NCBI GenBank assembly: GCA_038065095.1
Contig: JBBTRR010000006.1
Span: forward strand, 84,713-148,712
Source of the DNA: Patescibacteria group bacterium
GTDB lineage: Bacteria > Patescibacteriota > Minisyncoccia > JACQLN01
Length of the DNA: 64,000 nucleotides
Direction of reading: 5' to 3'
The notes under the pieces were generated by a model. The model did no database searches, was not told where the DNA came from, and worked only from the letters and a program-made list of their open reading frames with translations. This document shows positions 1-9,915 of this stretch, piece by piece; position 1 is the stretch's first letter, and every line of letters starts with the position of its first letter. The position numbers were made by a program, and so were the translations under genes.

Positions 1-534
1 AGCTAAAGCGGCGGCGGTAGGTTCATTTAAAATACGGCTAACTTTTAAGCCAGCAATTTCACCAGCTTCTTTGGTAGCTTTTCTTTGAGCATCGTTAAAA
101 TAAGCCGGAACAGTAATTACGGCTTCGGTAATTTTTTCGCCCAATCTGTCTTCGGCATCTTGTTTTAATTTTTGCAAAACCATAGCCGCAACTTCTTGAG
201 GTTTATACCAACGATCCTGCATTTTAACTTCCACCGAACCGTCACCTGCAGCACGGATTTCGTAAGGCAATAATTTTTTATCACGCTGGACCTCGGCATC
301 ATTAAAATTGCGCCCAATCAAACGCTTAACCGAAAAAAGAGTATTCTGACTATTTGTTACAGCTTGTCTTTTAGCGAGTATTCCAACCACTCTTTCACCA
401 CCTTTTTGTATAGCAGCAATAGAAGGAGTGGTTCTATTACCTTCTTTATTTTCTATAATTTTTGGCTCACCTGCCTCCACCACTGCCATAGCGGAATTAG
501 TTGTGCCTAAGTCTATTCCTAATATTTTTGCCAT
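1..534 (-). CDS. dnaK: Molecular chaperone DnaK (Hsp70), N-terminal 178 aa only; gene runs off window start
   Basis: Reverse-complement translation from ATG at 532-534 gives [38 protein letters not shown]...[30 protein letters not shown], canonical Hsp70 ATPase N-terminus; no stop before window edge; downstream of grpE in hrcA-grpE-dnaK order. Confidence 0.9.
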   Translation of the reverse strand, partial: MAKILGIDLGTTNSAMAVVEAGEPKIIENKEGNRTTPSIAAIQKGGERVVGILAKRQAVTNSQNTLFSVKRLIGRNFNDAEVQRDKKLLPYEIRAAGDGSVEVKMQDRWYKPQEVAAMVLQKLKQDAEDRLGEKITEAVITVPAYFNDAQRKATKEAGEIAGLKVSRILNEPTAAALA

Positions 535-672
535 TTTTTATGTTTATCGAGAAAATATTGTTACGAGCAGCATTATGGAGAAAACCCTTTTTTCCCTTTT
601 CACCCCTTCTCCCCTTTTCTCTAATATCGTCTGCGAGAAATAATATTTTCTTGAAAGTAGTTTGAAATTAAA

Positions 673-1110
673 TTATTTACCTATTTTTACTTTAGCCGGT
701 CTAATAACCAAACCATTTACTATGTAACCTTTTTGTAAAACTTCTATAACATGTCCCGATTCTCCTTCACCTTCTAACATTGCTTCGTGATATGTTGGAT
801 CAAATTCTTTATTTTGTGCTTCTATTTCTACAACTCCATTCTTTTTAAAAATATCTTCTATTAACTTTTTTACTCCCTGCCAACCCTCTGCCTCCTTGGC
901 AGCTTCTAACGCATCTACAAGTGGTAACATTTGTCTTATAAAACTCATCTTGGTGTAATCGGCAACTTCCTTGCCTTGTTCTTCCCAATCTTTCTTGGCA
1001 TTTATTAATTCCGCTTTAGCTCTTTTCCAACCATCTAAATATTCATCTCTTTCTTTTTGGGTTAATTCTAATTTTTCTTCTAAGTTGTTTTCTTTTTTTT
1101 CTATATCCAT
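673..1110 (-). CDS. grpE: Nucleotide exchange factor GrpE
   Basis: 145-aa ORF, coiled-coil N-term and GrpE-like C-terminal (FDPTYHEAM...VLQKGY) between hrcA and dnaK. Confidence 0.8.
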   Translation of the reverse strand: MDIEKKENNLEEKLELTQKERDEYLDGWKRAKAELINAKKDWEEQGKEVADYTKMSFIRQMLPLVDALEAAKEAEGWQGVKKLIEDIFKKNGVVEIEAQNKEFDPTYHEAMLEGEGESGHVIEVLQKGYIVNGLVIRPAKVKIGK

Positions 1111-1114
1111 ATAT

Positions 1115-1945
1115 TTAATGTTTTTGATTTAAAAGCTCACTAATATATTCAACCAAAGCCATATTGTGTTTATAATCCATTCTTTTTGGACCAATTATAG
1201 AAACAAAACCTTGTTTACCCTGAGTGGAATCGAAGGGTTCACCTTCTGGTAACTGATATTTTCCAGTAATTAAAGTAAATTCGTTTATTTCTTTTATAGG
1301 GTTTTCACTACCTATAAACACTTGAATCATTTCTTCCACCCCGTTAGAAGTCGCGCTCGCGATTTCATCGCGAGTCCTATGGACCGCGGCGCGGCTACTT
1401 CTAACGGGGTTCCAAAGTCCTTCAAAACAACTATCCATATTATCCATAAACGTCATAAGCTGGTTCATATTTTCAAAACTTTTAAATTCTGGCTCATCAA
1501 ATAAATTAGAAAAACCAAAACTATATGTATTTCCACCATCTGTGGTTCCTGTTACAGAAAGCTCGCGGGAAAGTTCGGAAGTTAGTTTAGATATTTCTTT
1601 TAATAAAGATTGTTCATCTGGCCAATTCTTTTTTAACGATTCTTTAACTTTTTGAGTTTCTTTTTGAGTTAGACCTGTTGCCGAAGTATTTAGCGTAGAC
1701 TTTTCAACCATATTTTCTTGTATATACAACCTGTATGCTTTATCTGTTGGGATGCGTCCAGCCGAAGTATGTGGACTAGATAAATAACCTTCTTTTTCTA
1801 ACTGATTCATTTCTTTACGAATCATAGGCGCCCCTATATCAAAACCACTCTTTTGAGAGAGAGATTTAGAACTAACAGGTTCGGCCATTTTGGTATGCTC
1901 TTCTATAACGGCCCAAAGAATATCTTTTTGGCGTTGGGAAATCAT
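1115..1945 (-). CDS. hrcA: Heat-inducible transcription repressor HrcA (carries an in-frame 71-72 nt palindromic insertion at 1339-1409)
   Basis: 276-aa ORF MISQRQKDILWAVIEEHTKMAEPVSSKSLSQK... typical HrcA wHTH N-terminus; CIRCE upstream; operon context with grpE-dnaK. Confidence 0.8.
   Translation of the reverse strand: MISQRQKDILWAVIEEHTKMAEPVSSKSLSQKSGFDIGAPMIRKEMNQLEKEGYLSSPHTSAGRIPTDKAYRLYIQENMVEKSTLNTSATGLTQKETQKVKESLKKNWPDEQSLLKEISKLTSELSRELSVTGTTDGGNTYSFGFSNLFDEPEFKSFENMNQLMTFMDNMDSCFEGLWNPVRSSRAAVHRTRDEIASATSNGVEEMIQVFIGSENPIKEINEFTLITGKYQLPEGEPFDSTQGKQGFVSIIGPKRMDYKHNMALVEYISELLNQKH
1339..1409. repeat. Palindromic element (family CCCCGTTAGA-TIR), copy A, inserted in-frame in hrcA
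   Basis: 13-bp perfect terminal inverted repeats ccccgttagaagt / acttctaacgggg enclosing GC-rich hairpins (ctcgcgatttcatcgcgag; ccgcggcgcgg); GC content far above flanks; encodes inserted peptide ~VRSSRAAVHRTRDEIASATSNGVE. Confidence 0.7.
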
Positions 1946-1969
1946 TGTTATTTAAACCAGTTTAGCGAA

Positions 1970-1996
1970 TTATCACTCCATAGTCAAGAGTGATAA
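1970..1996. promoter_or_regulatory. CIRCE operator (HrcA binding site) upstream of hrcA
   Basis: ttatcactc-N9-gagtgataa, one mismatch per half-site versus consensus TTAGCACTC-N9-GAGTGCTAA; located 25 nt upstream of hrcA start on minus strand. Confidence 0.75.
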
Positions 1997-2076
1997 CTTG
2001 ATTGACTTATAGCTATAGATATGTTACTATTAAACTATCGTAGTACCTAACAAAAACACAAAAAAAGGCGGCCCAT

Positions 2077-2304
2077 ATGCTAGAAGAAGCTACGTCGTTT
2101 GAAGAATTCAAAGGCAAAAGCTTTGAGGAAGTTTATAGAATGTACAAACGAGCTGATACGGCAAGAAGGGTTTTTGCTAGGATTATCCTGTTACAGATAG
2201 CCGTAACAGCCAAAGACCTAAAAATCGTGATGGAGATTTCCAACCCCCACTCTCCTTTGTATGCTTCGGCTAAAGAAAGGCTGGAACTACTGGAATCGAA
2301 ATGA
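2077..2304 (+). CDS. Hypothetical small protein (75 aa)
   Basis: ORF followed immediately by a strong intrinsic terminator; no recognizable family. Confidence 0.35.
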   Translation: MLEEATSFEEFKGKSFEEVYRMYKRADTARRVFARIILLQIAVTAKDLKIVMEISNPHSPLYASAKERLELLESK

Positions 2305-2340
2305 CCCCACCCCCCGACCAAATGGTCGGGGATTTTTTTT
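2305..2340 (+). terminator. Rho-independent terminator
   Basis: ccccgaccaaatggtcgggg stem-loop followed by tttttttt. Confidence 0.7.
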
Positions 2341-2428
2341 CTTGTTGACGATTTACCCTATAAATAATACTTTGTAACAGTTCAAAATAAGCTGTCCTTT
2401 TACAAACCTTTCTCGAGGAGAGTGCTCA

Positions 2429-2755
2429 ATGGCAATTATTGCGCAAGAAATGTTACAAGAAAAAAAACGCGAAAGGATTATGGCTATAGGCCTTTGTGCT
2501 GGATTATGGTTACTAGTAACATTTTTGGTTTACCATAACTTTGAAAACTTTAATCTTGATTCGGGTATTATCTTAATCTTGGCAACTTTGTATGTATATA
2601 TGAAATGCTACGATCTGTATAAAAAACCTGCAAAACTTGTGGCGTTACACGACTGTTCCGTAATGGGAGAAAAATTCCATATGGAAATCGGAAATGCTAA
2701 AGATCGTTGGAATTTCTGCCCGTGGTGTAGTGGAAAAATAACAATTGAAGAATGA
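2429..2755 (+). CDS. Hypothetical membrane protein with C-terminal zinc-ribbon-like Cys pairs (108 aa)
   Basis: Hydrophobic segment GLCAGLWLLVTFLVY; CSVMG...CPWCSG Cys pairs; followed by terminator. Confidence 0.4.
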   Translation: MAIIAQEMLQEKKRERIMAIGLCAGLWLLVTFLVYHNFENFNLDSGIILILATLYVYMKCYDLYKKPAKLVALHDCSVMGEKFHMEIGNAKDRWNFCPWCSGKITIEE

Positions 2756-2761
2756 TTTATG

Positions 2762-2795
2762 ATCCCCCGACCAAACGGTCGGGGATTTTATTTTA
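2762..2795 (+). terminator. Rho-independent terminator
   Basis: cccccgaccaaacggtcgggg hairpin + T-run; near-identical to terminator at 2305-2340. Confidence 0.65.
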
Positions 2796-2867
2796 TAAAG
2801 CCTTGTTTGACTAAAGAAGCATTAAACTGTAGCGTTATATAAAGTTCTTTCAAAAAAGGGGTGTGCT

Positions 2868-3098
2868 ATGCAGAAAAAAGAATTGCATACATTGTGCCGC
2901 TGTAGACACGCTATTGTGCCAAGCTTTTGCCGTTTTTGTAATAAGCAAATTTATATATTACAACCATTTTATAAAATACCTTGGTATATAGCTGTATACT
3001 TCTATGGGGGAATAATATCTTATCAAGACTTTTGTTCCGATCATCACTGCAAAGAATGCCACAATAAAAAAAATAGATCAACTCGGCCACTGCCCTAA
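2868..3098 (+). CDS. Hypothetical Cys-rich small protein (76 aa)
   Basis: ORF with multiple Cys pairs; low support. Confidence 0.2.
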   Translation: MQKKELHTLCRCRHAIVPSFCRFCNKQIYILQPFYKIPWYIAVYFYGGIISYQDFCSDHHCKECHNKKNRSTRPLP

Positions 3099-3243
3099 AT
3101 GCCAAGCTTTTGTAGTAGAAAAAAAGCTCAAAAAAACAAAATTGGTAATATGCCTGCGATAAAAATATATCTAACCACAAATCCCCAATAACTGGGGATT
3201 TTTTAATGTTTATCTATGAGCATAGTGAATAGCTATAAACATT

Positions 3244-3355
3244 AACCCCGTAAAAACTACTTAATTAAATAATTAAGTGCATATAAAAAGCCGTGGGCGA
3301 TTTCGCTGATAAAAATTTATTATTAAATATCCACGTTTGAGTTTTTGTACGGGGT
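3244..3355. repeat. Palindromic element related to the CCCCGTTAGA family (copy D) upstream of corA
   Basis: Terminal inverted repeats aaccccgtaaaaac / gtttttgtacggggt; internal ttaattaaataattaa palindrome; TIR start accccgt- matches copies A-C. Confidence 0.5.
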
Positions 3356-3361
3356 ATTTCT

Positions 3362-3372
3362 TGTTATAATCT
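3362..3372 (+). promoter_or_regulatory. Candidate extended -10 promoter for corA
   Basis: ttgttataat (TGnTATAAT-like) about 45 nt upstream of corA ATG. Confidence 0.3.
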
Positions 3373-3415
3373 AGTTATCTAAAAACTAATGAAGCTAACA
3401 CTTAAAAGCTATTAA

Positions 3416-4327
3416 ATGACTACTATAAAATCTCCCAATGTAACTTGGTTAGACATTAAAAATCCTTCACCTAAGGAACTGCGGTTTTTGGCCCAAAATT
3501 ATAATATCCATCCATTAATTATAAACGGGTTAGAAAAACCAACTATTCGTTCGCAAGCCGAAGACTATAATGGCTATATTTATTTAGTTTTACACTTCCC
3601 TATCTTTAATCCACAAAAACAAGTTTCAGAACCTGTAGAAATAGATTTTATAATTACGCCCGACACCTTAATCTCTGTGCGCTACGAAAACATAGAACCT
3701 TTGGATGAATTTTTAGAAAAGTGTAAATCATATAATGGTCATATAAAAAAAGAAGCTATGTCGCGTGGCGCTATATATTTTTTTTATTACTTGATCAAAG
3801 AAATATATGCTTTTTCTTTGCGCCAACTAGACCATATGGACGAAAATATAGATAAAATAGAAGAAGCTATATTTTCTGGCCATCATAAAGAAATGCTTTT
3901 AGCGCTTTCACTGGCCCGAAGCGATGTTTTAAATTTTTTGCGCACACTACGCCCACAAGGTACTGTTTTAGAAAGCTTACTAGCCCGAAGTGATTCTTTT
4001 GAACAAAAAGCTCGGCCATATTTAATTGACCTTTTGGGCGAACATCACCAAGTTATAAACCAAGCCGAAAACAACTGCGAAAGTATCGAAGGGTTACAAA
4101 CAACTAATTCTGCATTATTGGAACACAAAACAAATGAGGTTATGAAAGTTCTTACCATAATAACTTTCACCATTTTACCTCTTACGCTTATAGCAAACAT
4201 ATTTGGAATGTCTAGTAAAAACATCCCCCTAGTTGACCACCCACACTTTTTCAAGATAATGTTAATGGCGATGGCTACTACAGTGGCAGTTTCGTTTTCT
4301 ATTTTTAAATATAAAAAGTGGCTTTGA
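3416..4327 (+). CDS. corA: CorA-family magnesium/cobalt transporter
   Basis: 303 aa; two C-terminal TM helices with GMS motif (IFGMSSKN, variant of CorA GMN loop); typical CorA size and layout. Confidence 0.7.
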   Translation: MTTIKSPNVTWLDIKNPSPKELRFLAQNYNIHPLIINGLEKPTIRSQAEDYNGYIYLVLHFPIFNPQKQVSEPVEIDFIITPDTLISVRYENIEPLDEFLEKCKSYNGHIKKEAMSRGAIYFFYYLIKEIYAFSLRQLDHMDENIDKIEEAIFSGHHKEMLLALSLARSDVLNFLRTLRPQGTVLESLLARSDSFEQKARPYLIDLLGEHHQVINQAENNCESIEGLQTTNSALLEHKTNEVMKVLTIITFTILPLTLIANIFGMSSKNIPLVDHPHFFKIMLMAMATTVAVSFSIFKYKKWL

Positions 4328-4410
4328 GTTAGCTTCACTAGCTTTCAGCTTCGTTAGCTGGTTAGGTATAATCTCCTAAAAAGCTAAGGAAGCTAAAGAA
4401 GCTAAAAGCA
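4328..4410. repeat. PAL repeat (agctaacgaagct family), copy 1
   Basis: Long imperfect hairpin: tagctttcagcttcgttagct ... agctaaggaagctaaagaagcta; arms are reverse complements. Confidence 0.7.
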
Positions 4411-4412
4411 TA

Positions 4413-5807
4413 ATGCGTATATACAACACCCTTACCAGTAAAAAAGATGATTTAAAAATCCCGCCATCTGGCGAGATCAATTTATTTGTATGTGGCCCAA
4501 CTGTTTATGATTATAGTCATATCGGCCACGCCCGCACTTATATATTTTTTGATGCTTTAGTTAAGTTTATGCGTAAATATTTGAGTATAAAAATAAATTA
4601 CTTACAGAACATCACCAATATAGACGATAAAATAATAAATCGCTCCGCCGAAGAAAATAAAAATCCGCAAGAGCTGGCGGATTTTTTTGAAAAAGAATAT
4701 ATAACGGATATGAGCTCTCTTGGGGTAAGTGCTGTTAACACTTATGCTCCAGCCACAAAATATATTCCCGAAATAATTTCGCAAGTAGAGCGTTTAATTA
4801 AAAAAGGTTTTGCCTATGTGTCTGGCCCCTCGACTACGCTCGGGACAAGCAGTGTTTATTTTAATGTAAGAAAATTTCCAGAATATGGAAAGCTATCACA
4901 CCAAAAACTTGCGGATTTAAAAGAAGGAGTAAGAATTGATGTTGAGGTTGGTAAAAAATTCTTTGCCGACTTTGTTTTATGGAAAGTTGCTAAACCGAAT
5001 GAACCAACTTGGGATTCGCCTTGGGGCAAAGGCCGCCCTGGTTGGCACATAGAAGATACAGCTATAACCGAAAAACATTTCGGCTTGCGTTACAATATTC
5101 ATGGTGGCGGATTAGATTTAATTTTTCCTCACCACGAAGCCGAAATTGCCCAAATGGAAGCGATATCGGGCTTAAGCCCTTTAGCCGAAGTTTGGATTCA
5201 CACTGGAATGCTTTTGGTTGATGGCGAAAAAATGTCTAAAAGTTTGGGTAATTTTATAACCATACGAGAATTTATTAAAGAAAATTCACCACAAATCTTG
5301 CGTTATATGGTTTTATCTCAACACTACCGCACAGGTTTGGATTTTTCCAAAAAGACAGTTCAAATGGCAAGTTCTTCTATAAATAGAATTGCAGATTTTA
5401 AAATTCGCTTAAAAAGCATTAACGAGCAGTCTTCTAGTTTTCCTTGGGAAGATTTTGAAAAAACATTTTGGCACGAACTGGCCGACGACTTTAACACACC
5501 AAAAGCCCTAGCTTCTTTATTTGAACTTATTACAGAAACCAACAAACTAATTGATTCACACAACTTATCCCACAGCGATGCACAGAAAATCGTTGACTTT
5601 ATAGACAGGGTAAACGATATTTTAAACATACTACCCAAAGAAGAATCCATACCTGCAGAAATTACCGCCTTAGTAGCTGATCGTGAAAAAGCTCGCGCCA
5701 GTAAAGATTTTGAACTATCGGATAAACTTCGCAATCAAATAAAAGAATTAAACTGGGAAGTGGAAGATACTCCCCGTGGACCCAAAATATCAAAAATTAA
5801 AAACTAA
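4413..5807 (+). CDS. cysS: Cysteine--tRNA ligase
   Basis: 464 aa; HIGH motif (SHIGHARTY), KMSKS motif, class I aaRS CysRS layout. Confidence 0.9.
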   Translation: MRIYNTLTSKKDDLKIPPSGEINLFVCGPTVYDYSHIGHARTYIFFDALVKFMRKYLSIKINYLQNITNIDDKIINRSAEENKNPQELADFFEKEYITDMSSLGVSAVNTYAPATKYIPEIISQVERLIKKGFAYVSGPSTTLGTSSVYFNVRKFPEYGKLSHQKLADLKEGVRIDVEVGKKFFADFVLWKVAKPNEPTWDSPWGKGRPGWHIEDTAITEKHFGLRYNIHGGGLDLIFPHHEAEIAQMEAISGLSPLAEVWIHTGMLLVDGEKMSKSLGNFITIREFIKENSPQILRYMVLSQHYRTGLDFSKKTVQMASSSINRIADFKIRLKSINEQSSSFPWEDFEKTFWHELADDFNTPKALASLFELITETNKLIDSHNLSHSDAQKIVDFIDRVNDILNILPKEESIPAEITALVADREKARASKDFELSDKLRNQIKELNWEVEDTPRGPKISKIKN

Positions 5808-5875
5808 ATATTAAAATTTAAATTTTAAACTTTCAATTGTGATTTTGAATTTTACACTTTTATTTTTAAACTTGA

Positions 5876-7255
5876 ATGGCTTTTGACTCAATTACAAAAA
5901 CCGACATCAACACAGTTTCTATTGATAAACTCCCACCGCAATCCATAGAAGCCGAGGAATCGGTTTTAGGCGCTTTGTTAATGGACAAAGACGCTATTAT
6001 TCGTGTAGCGGATATTTTGCATCCAGAAGATTTTTATAAACGGTCTCATAATCTTATATATAACGCGATACTATTGTTATATGAAAAATCAGAACCAGTT
6101 GATGTTTTAAGTTTATCTAACCGCCTAAAAGAAGCCGGTCAACTTGAAAGCGTGGGCGGAACATCTTATTTAGCGGGCTTGGTTAATTCTGTGCCAACAG
6201 CTTCTAATGTTTTGCACTATGCCAAAATTGTTAGGCATAAAAAAATACTCCGCGATCTTTTATCGGCTTCACAAGATATTGCCCGATTAGGCTGGCAAGA
6301 AAACCAAGATATAGAACTTGTTTTAGACGAAGCCGAAAAAAGAATTTTTTCTATTGCGGAAAGATCTTTAAAACAAGATTTTATGCCTATTAGATCTGCA
6401 CTAGAAGATGCCTTTGAAAGAATAGATAAACTTCATAAGGGCGATGGCGCTTTGCGTGGAGTGCCTACTGGTTTTACCGATTTAGACCACTATTTAGCTG
6501 GCTTACAAAAATCAGATCTAGTTATTTTAGCAGCTCGCCCATCTTTAGGAAAAACTTCGCTGGCCTTAAATATTGCTAGTAATGTAGCCATAAAAGAAAA
6601 AACTCCTGTTGGTATTTTTTCTTTGGAAATGTCTAAGGAACAACTTGTAGATAGAATGTTAGCTTCGGAAGCCGGTGTAGATTTGTGGAGACTTCGCACT
6701 GGCCGATTAAGTATGGACGGCGAAGACAGTGATTTTTCTAGAATCCAAGAAGCTATGGGAATTTTAGCTGAAGCGCCTATTTTTATAGATGATGCCGCTT
6801 CCAGCAACATTATTCAAATGCGTACTATGGCCCGCAGATTGCAAGCTGAACATGGTTTAGGTTTAATTGTGGTTGATTACTTACAGTTGATGGAAGGCCG
6901 CAATAATAATGAAAGTCGCACACAAGAGATTAGCGAAATTTCACGCTCACTTAAAAATTTAGCCCGTGAACTTAATGTTCCGGTTTTGGCTTTATCTCAG
7001 CTTTCCCGTGCAGTAGAAACCAGAAGCCCCCAAATACCAAGGTTATCTGACTTGCGCGAATCGGGCTCTATAGAACAAGATGCCGATGTAGTTTTATTTA
7101 TTTATCGCGAAGATAGAGAAAAACCAAACACCGAAAAAAAGAATGTAGCCGAAATTCATATTGCCAAACACAGAAACGGTCCCACTGGTAAAGTAGATTT
7201 ATATTTTGACGCCGATAGAGTTCAGTTTAGAGATTTAGCTAAAAACATAGAATAG
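5876..7255 (+). CDS. dnaB: Replicative DNA helicase DnaB
   Basis: 459 aa; Walker A ARPSLGKTS, DnaB N-domain, RecA-like C-domain motifs. Confidence 0.9.
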   Translation: MAFDSITKTDINTVSIDKLPPQSIEAEESVLGALLMDKDAIIRVADILHPEDFYKRSHNLIYNAILLLYEKSEPVDVLSLSNRLKEAGQLESVGGTSYLAGLVNSVPTASNVLHYAKIVRHKKILRDLLSASQDIARLGWQENQDIELVLDEAEKRIFSIAERSLKQDFMPIRSALEDAFERIDKLHKGDGALRGVPTGFTDLDHYLAGLQKSDLVILAARPSLGKTSLALNIASNVAIKEKTPVGIFSLEMSKEQLVDRMLASEAGVDLWRLRTGRLSMDGEDSDFSRIQEAMGILAEAPIFIDDAASSNIIQMRTMARRLQAEHGLGLIVVDYLQLMEGRNNNESRTQEISEISRSLKNLARELNVPVLALSQLSRAVETRSPQIPRLSDLRESGSIEQDADVVLFIYREDREKPNTEKKNVAEIHIAKHRNGPTGKVDLYFDADRVQFRDLAKNIE

Positions 7256-7322
7256 CTTCGCTAGCTTTCAGCTTCTTTAGCTAGTTAGAAAAAACTAAAG
7301 AGCTAATGAAGCTAAAAGCTAT
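7256..7322. repeat. PAL repeat, copy 2
   Basis: tagcttcgctagctttcagcttctttagct...agctaatgaagctaaaagcta. Confidence 0.65.
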
Positions 7323-7331
7323 CCTCCTAAT

Positions 7332-7928
7332 TTGTTTCCCGCCCCTATCCAAAAACTTATTTCCCACTTTCAAAAATTACCCGGCATTGGCCCGCGCCAA
7401 GCCACTAAATTTGCTATGCGCTTAATTAAAATGACAGATAGCGAACTTAAGTTTATGGCGAGCGACATTTCTAGTTTAAAATCGTTTGTGGGCGAATGCA
7501 AAGAATGTTTTATGCTTTTTGATAAACCCACCAGTGGAATTTCACTTTGCCAATTTTGCCGAAACCCCAAACGCGATAAAAATAAAATCTGTGTAGTGGT
7601 AAACGATAACGATGCTTTAAGTATAGAAAAAACAAAAAATTTTGATGGCTTATATCACGTTTTAGGCGGACATGTTTCGCTTTTAGATAAAGAAGAAAAT
7701 AGAAACCTTAATTTACTTGCCTTAAAAAATAGAATCAAAAAAGAAACCGAAGTTATTTTAGCTTTAAACGCCAACGCCGAAGGCCAAGCTACAGTTTTAT
7801 ATTTAGAAAAATTTTTAGAAGGTATGGAACATAAAACTTCTCGCCTCGCTCAAGGTATGTCTACTGGTAGTGAAATAGAATATGCCGATGATCAAACTTT
7901 GATAAATGCTTTAAAGCACAGAAGATAA
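7332..7928 (+). CDS. recR: Recombination protein RecR
   Basis: 198 aa; HhH N-terminus (LPGIGPRQATKFAM), C4 zinc finger (C..C...C..C), Toprim domain. Confidence 0.9.
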   Translation: MFPAPIQKLISHFQKLPGIGPRQATKFAMRLIKMTDSELKFMASDISSLKSFVGECKECFMLFDKPTSGISLCQFCRNPKRDKNKICVVVNDNDALSIEKTKNFDGLYHVLGGHVSLLDKEENRNLNLLALKNRIKKETEVILALNANAEGQATVLYLEKFLEGMEHKTSRLAQGMSTGSEIEYADDQTLINALKHRR

Positions 7929-8050
7929 ACCAAAAAGAAAATCGGTTTGAGCGAACTCAAGGGGGATACAATTTTCTTAAAATGAGGGGGTTGAAAAACT
8001 TTCCCCCTTGGCGAGCAAAAACTGATTTTCTTTGGCAAAAAATCCCCGCT

Positions 8051-8386
8051 TTAGGCGGAGATTTTTGTAATTTCTAGTTCGGTAAAGTGTTGGCGATGGC
8101 CAGCTTTCTTTTTATAGCGTTTCTTGGCTCGGTATTTAAAAACTATTATCTTTCTGGTTCTGGCCTGTTTAGCTACTTTAGCCGAAACTTTAGCGCCTTC
8201 AACTACTGGAGTACCAATTTTTAAATCGGCATCACTCGCCACCATTAAAACACTATCAAAAACAACCTCACTGCCTTCTTCGGCATCAAGTTTTTCTACT
8301 CTTAATACATCGCCCTCGGCAACCCTGTATTGTTTACCTCCAGTTTTTATTACAGCAAATTTAGACATATTATAATTAAGAAACAA
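8051..8386 (-). CDS. rplU: 50S ribosomal protein L21
   Basis: 111 aa [22 protein letters not shown]..., canonical bL21. Confidence 0.85.
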   Translation of the reverse strand: MFLNYNMSKFAVIKTGGKQYRVAEGDVLRVEKLDAEEGSEVVFDSVLMVASDADLKIGTPVVEGAKVSAKVAKQARTRKIIVFKYRAKKRYKKKAGHRQHFTELEITKISA

Positions 8387-8600
8387 AATAAAACATCGGT
8401 TTGAGCGACTTCATGGAGATGACCGATTCTACAATTGAGAGGACTCCATGAGGAGCGAGGACTGATGTTTTATGAACAACCCGATATTAACACATCTGAA
8501 TATAATAAGGAATACCCCTCGATTTTCTCGGGGTTCTTCCCTTACGGGAAGAAGAAAAGAGGCCTAAATCCTTGCGGTTTTAAGCCATTTCGCGGGAGTT

Positions 8601-8735
8601 TTATTTGTCTTCTTGCTGAATCTTCATCCGTTTCAGCAAGTGGTTCATTTTGATGCTCCCGTTGATAAAATATGGCATCAAAAATGCCCAATAGATAGCC
8701 ATGAGAGCTAAAGCAACTCTAGTTTCACCAGACAT
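8601..8735 (-). CDS. Candidate small membrane protein (44 aa) in rplU leader
   Basis: ATG preceded 7 nt upstream by AAGGAGG; hydrophobic MSGETRVALALMAIYWAFLMPYFINGSIK...; below ORF-track length cutoff. Confidence 0.25.
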   Translation of the reverse strand: MSGETRVALALMAIYWAFLMPYFINGSIKMNHLLKRMKIQQEDK

Positions 8736-8766
8736 AAAAACCTCCTTGTAGGTTAAAGAACTGTTT

Positions 8767-9828
8767 CTAAAGATCCTCATCTTTATCTGGACCGGTAAGA
8801 ACTAAAGTCTCTACACCCATTTTTTCACCCGTTATTCTTAACACGTCTTTATCAATTTTACCAAATTCTTTATAGGCTTGGTTATACATACTTACAGTAG
8901 TGCCTAAATTTTTTCCCATACGGCTCATATAGTCTTGGTAAGTTAAAAGATGTTTACTAAGTTCTTCTACTCTTTTAATTATTTCTTTAGCCGATTCTTC
9001 TATTTGTAAAGCTCTTAAGCCCTGCATAACGGTTTGTAAATAAGCCAAAAAAGAAGTTGGTGAAACAATAATAACCTTATACTTATTAGCCGCACGTTGA
9101 ATAAGGCTCTCGGTGTCTTCCTCTTGCAAAGCGCCAATCTTACTTACCAAAAGATCGTAATAAATAGCTTCGTGTGGAATAAACATAAAAGCAAAATCCA
9201 TAGTGCCTTGCCCTGGTTGTATATATTTAGAAGTTTCCTGAATACGCATTTTAAGATCGTTTACAAAAGCTTTTTCTAGCCGTGCACGTTCAACATCGTT
9301 TTTTTCTTCTACTAACCGGTTATAATTTTCTAAAGAAAACTTTGAATCCACCGGAATAATTTTATCTTTAACAAAAACTGCGGCGTCCACTATGGTGCCA
9401 TCTTTAAACGGATATTGCATTTGATAGCTGCCGGGTGGCAAAACATTTTTTAAAAGAGTTTCTAAATAATATTCGCCCAAGATTCCACGTTGTTTTGGAT
9501 TTTTTAAAATATCTTGAAGGCTTTTTAGCTGGTCGGCAAAATTAACCACCTGCCTATTAGTTTCGTCTAATTTGGTTAAGCGTTCGGTCACATCGCGTAC
9601 AATTTGAGCGGTTTGGCCAAACTGGTTTTGCATACTGCGATGCGACTCGCCTAATTTAGTATCCAAAACCTTAGAAACTTCATTTATTTGATTTTGAAGC
9701 ATTAAAAACAAACCTTGCTGGTCTTGTTGGGGTGCTTCCTCTGGTTTATTGCGACGAGACAAAACAAAAAATAAGGCGGCAAACCCCACAATCATAAGCA
9801 CGATTAAAATAATAAATTCAAAACTCAT
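8767..9828 (-). CDS. rmuC: DNA recombination protein RmuC
   Basis: 353 aa; N-terminal TM + coiled coil, C-terminal RmuC nuclease-like domain. Confidence 0.75.
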   Translation of the reverse strand: MSFEFIILIVLMIVGFAALFFVLSRRNKPEEAPQQDQQGLFLMLQNQINEVSKVLDTKLGESHRSMQNQFGQTAQIVRDVTERLTKLDETNRQVVNFADQLKSLQDILKNPKQRGILGEYYLETLLKNVLPPGSYQMQYPFKDGTIVDAAVFVKDKIIPVDSKFSLENYNRLVEEKNDVERARLEKAFVNDLKMRIQETSKYIQPGQGTMDFAFMFIPHEAIYYDLLVSKIGALQEEDTESLIQRAANKYKVIIVSPTSFLAYLQTVMQGLRALQIEESAKEIIKRVEELSKHLLTYQDYMSRMGKNLGTTVSMYNQAYKEFGKIDKDVLRITGEKMGVETLVLTGPDKDEDL

Positions 9829-9915
9829 ATACTAAATATAGAATGTCTAATAACTAATGTCTAATCAAACCCTAATATCTAATGGCTAACTTAGAAATTA
9901 GTAATTAGAAATTGG

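Noticed and set aside
1322-1504. Plus-strand 60-aa ORF inside hrcA
   Set aside because: It is antisense to a confident conserved gene and its GC-rich core is the palindromic insertion.
8124-8653. Plus-strand ORFs 8124..8375 and 8435..8653
   Set aside because: The first is antisense to rplU. The second lies in the rplU leader without an SD; the minus-strand 44-aa ORF with AAGGAGG is better supported.
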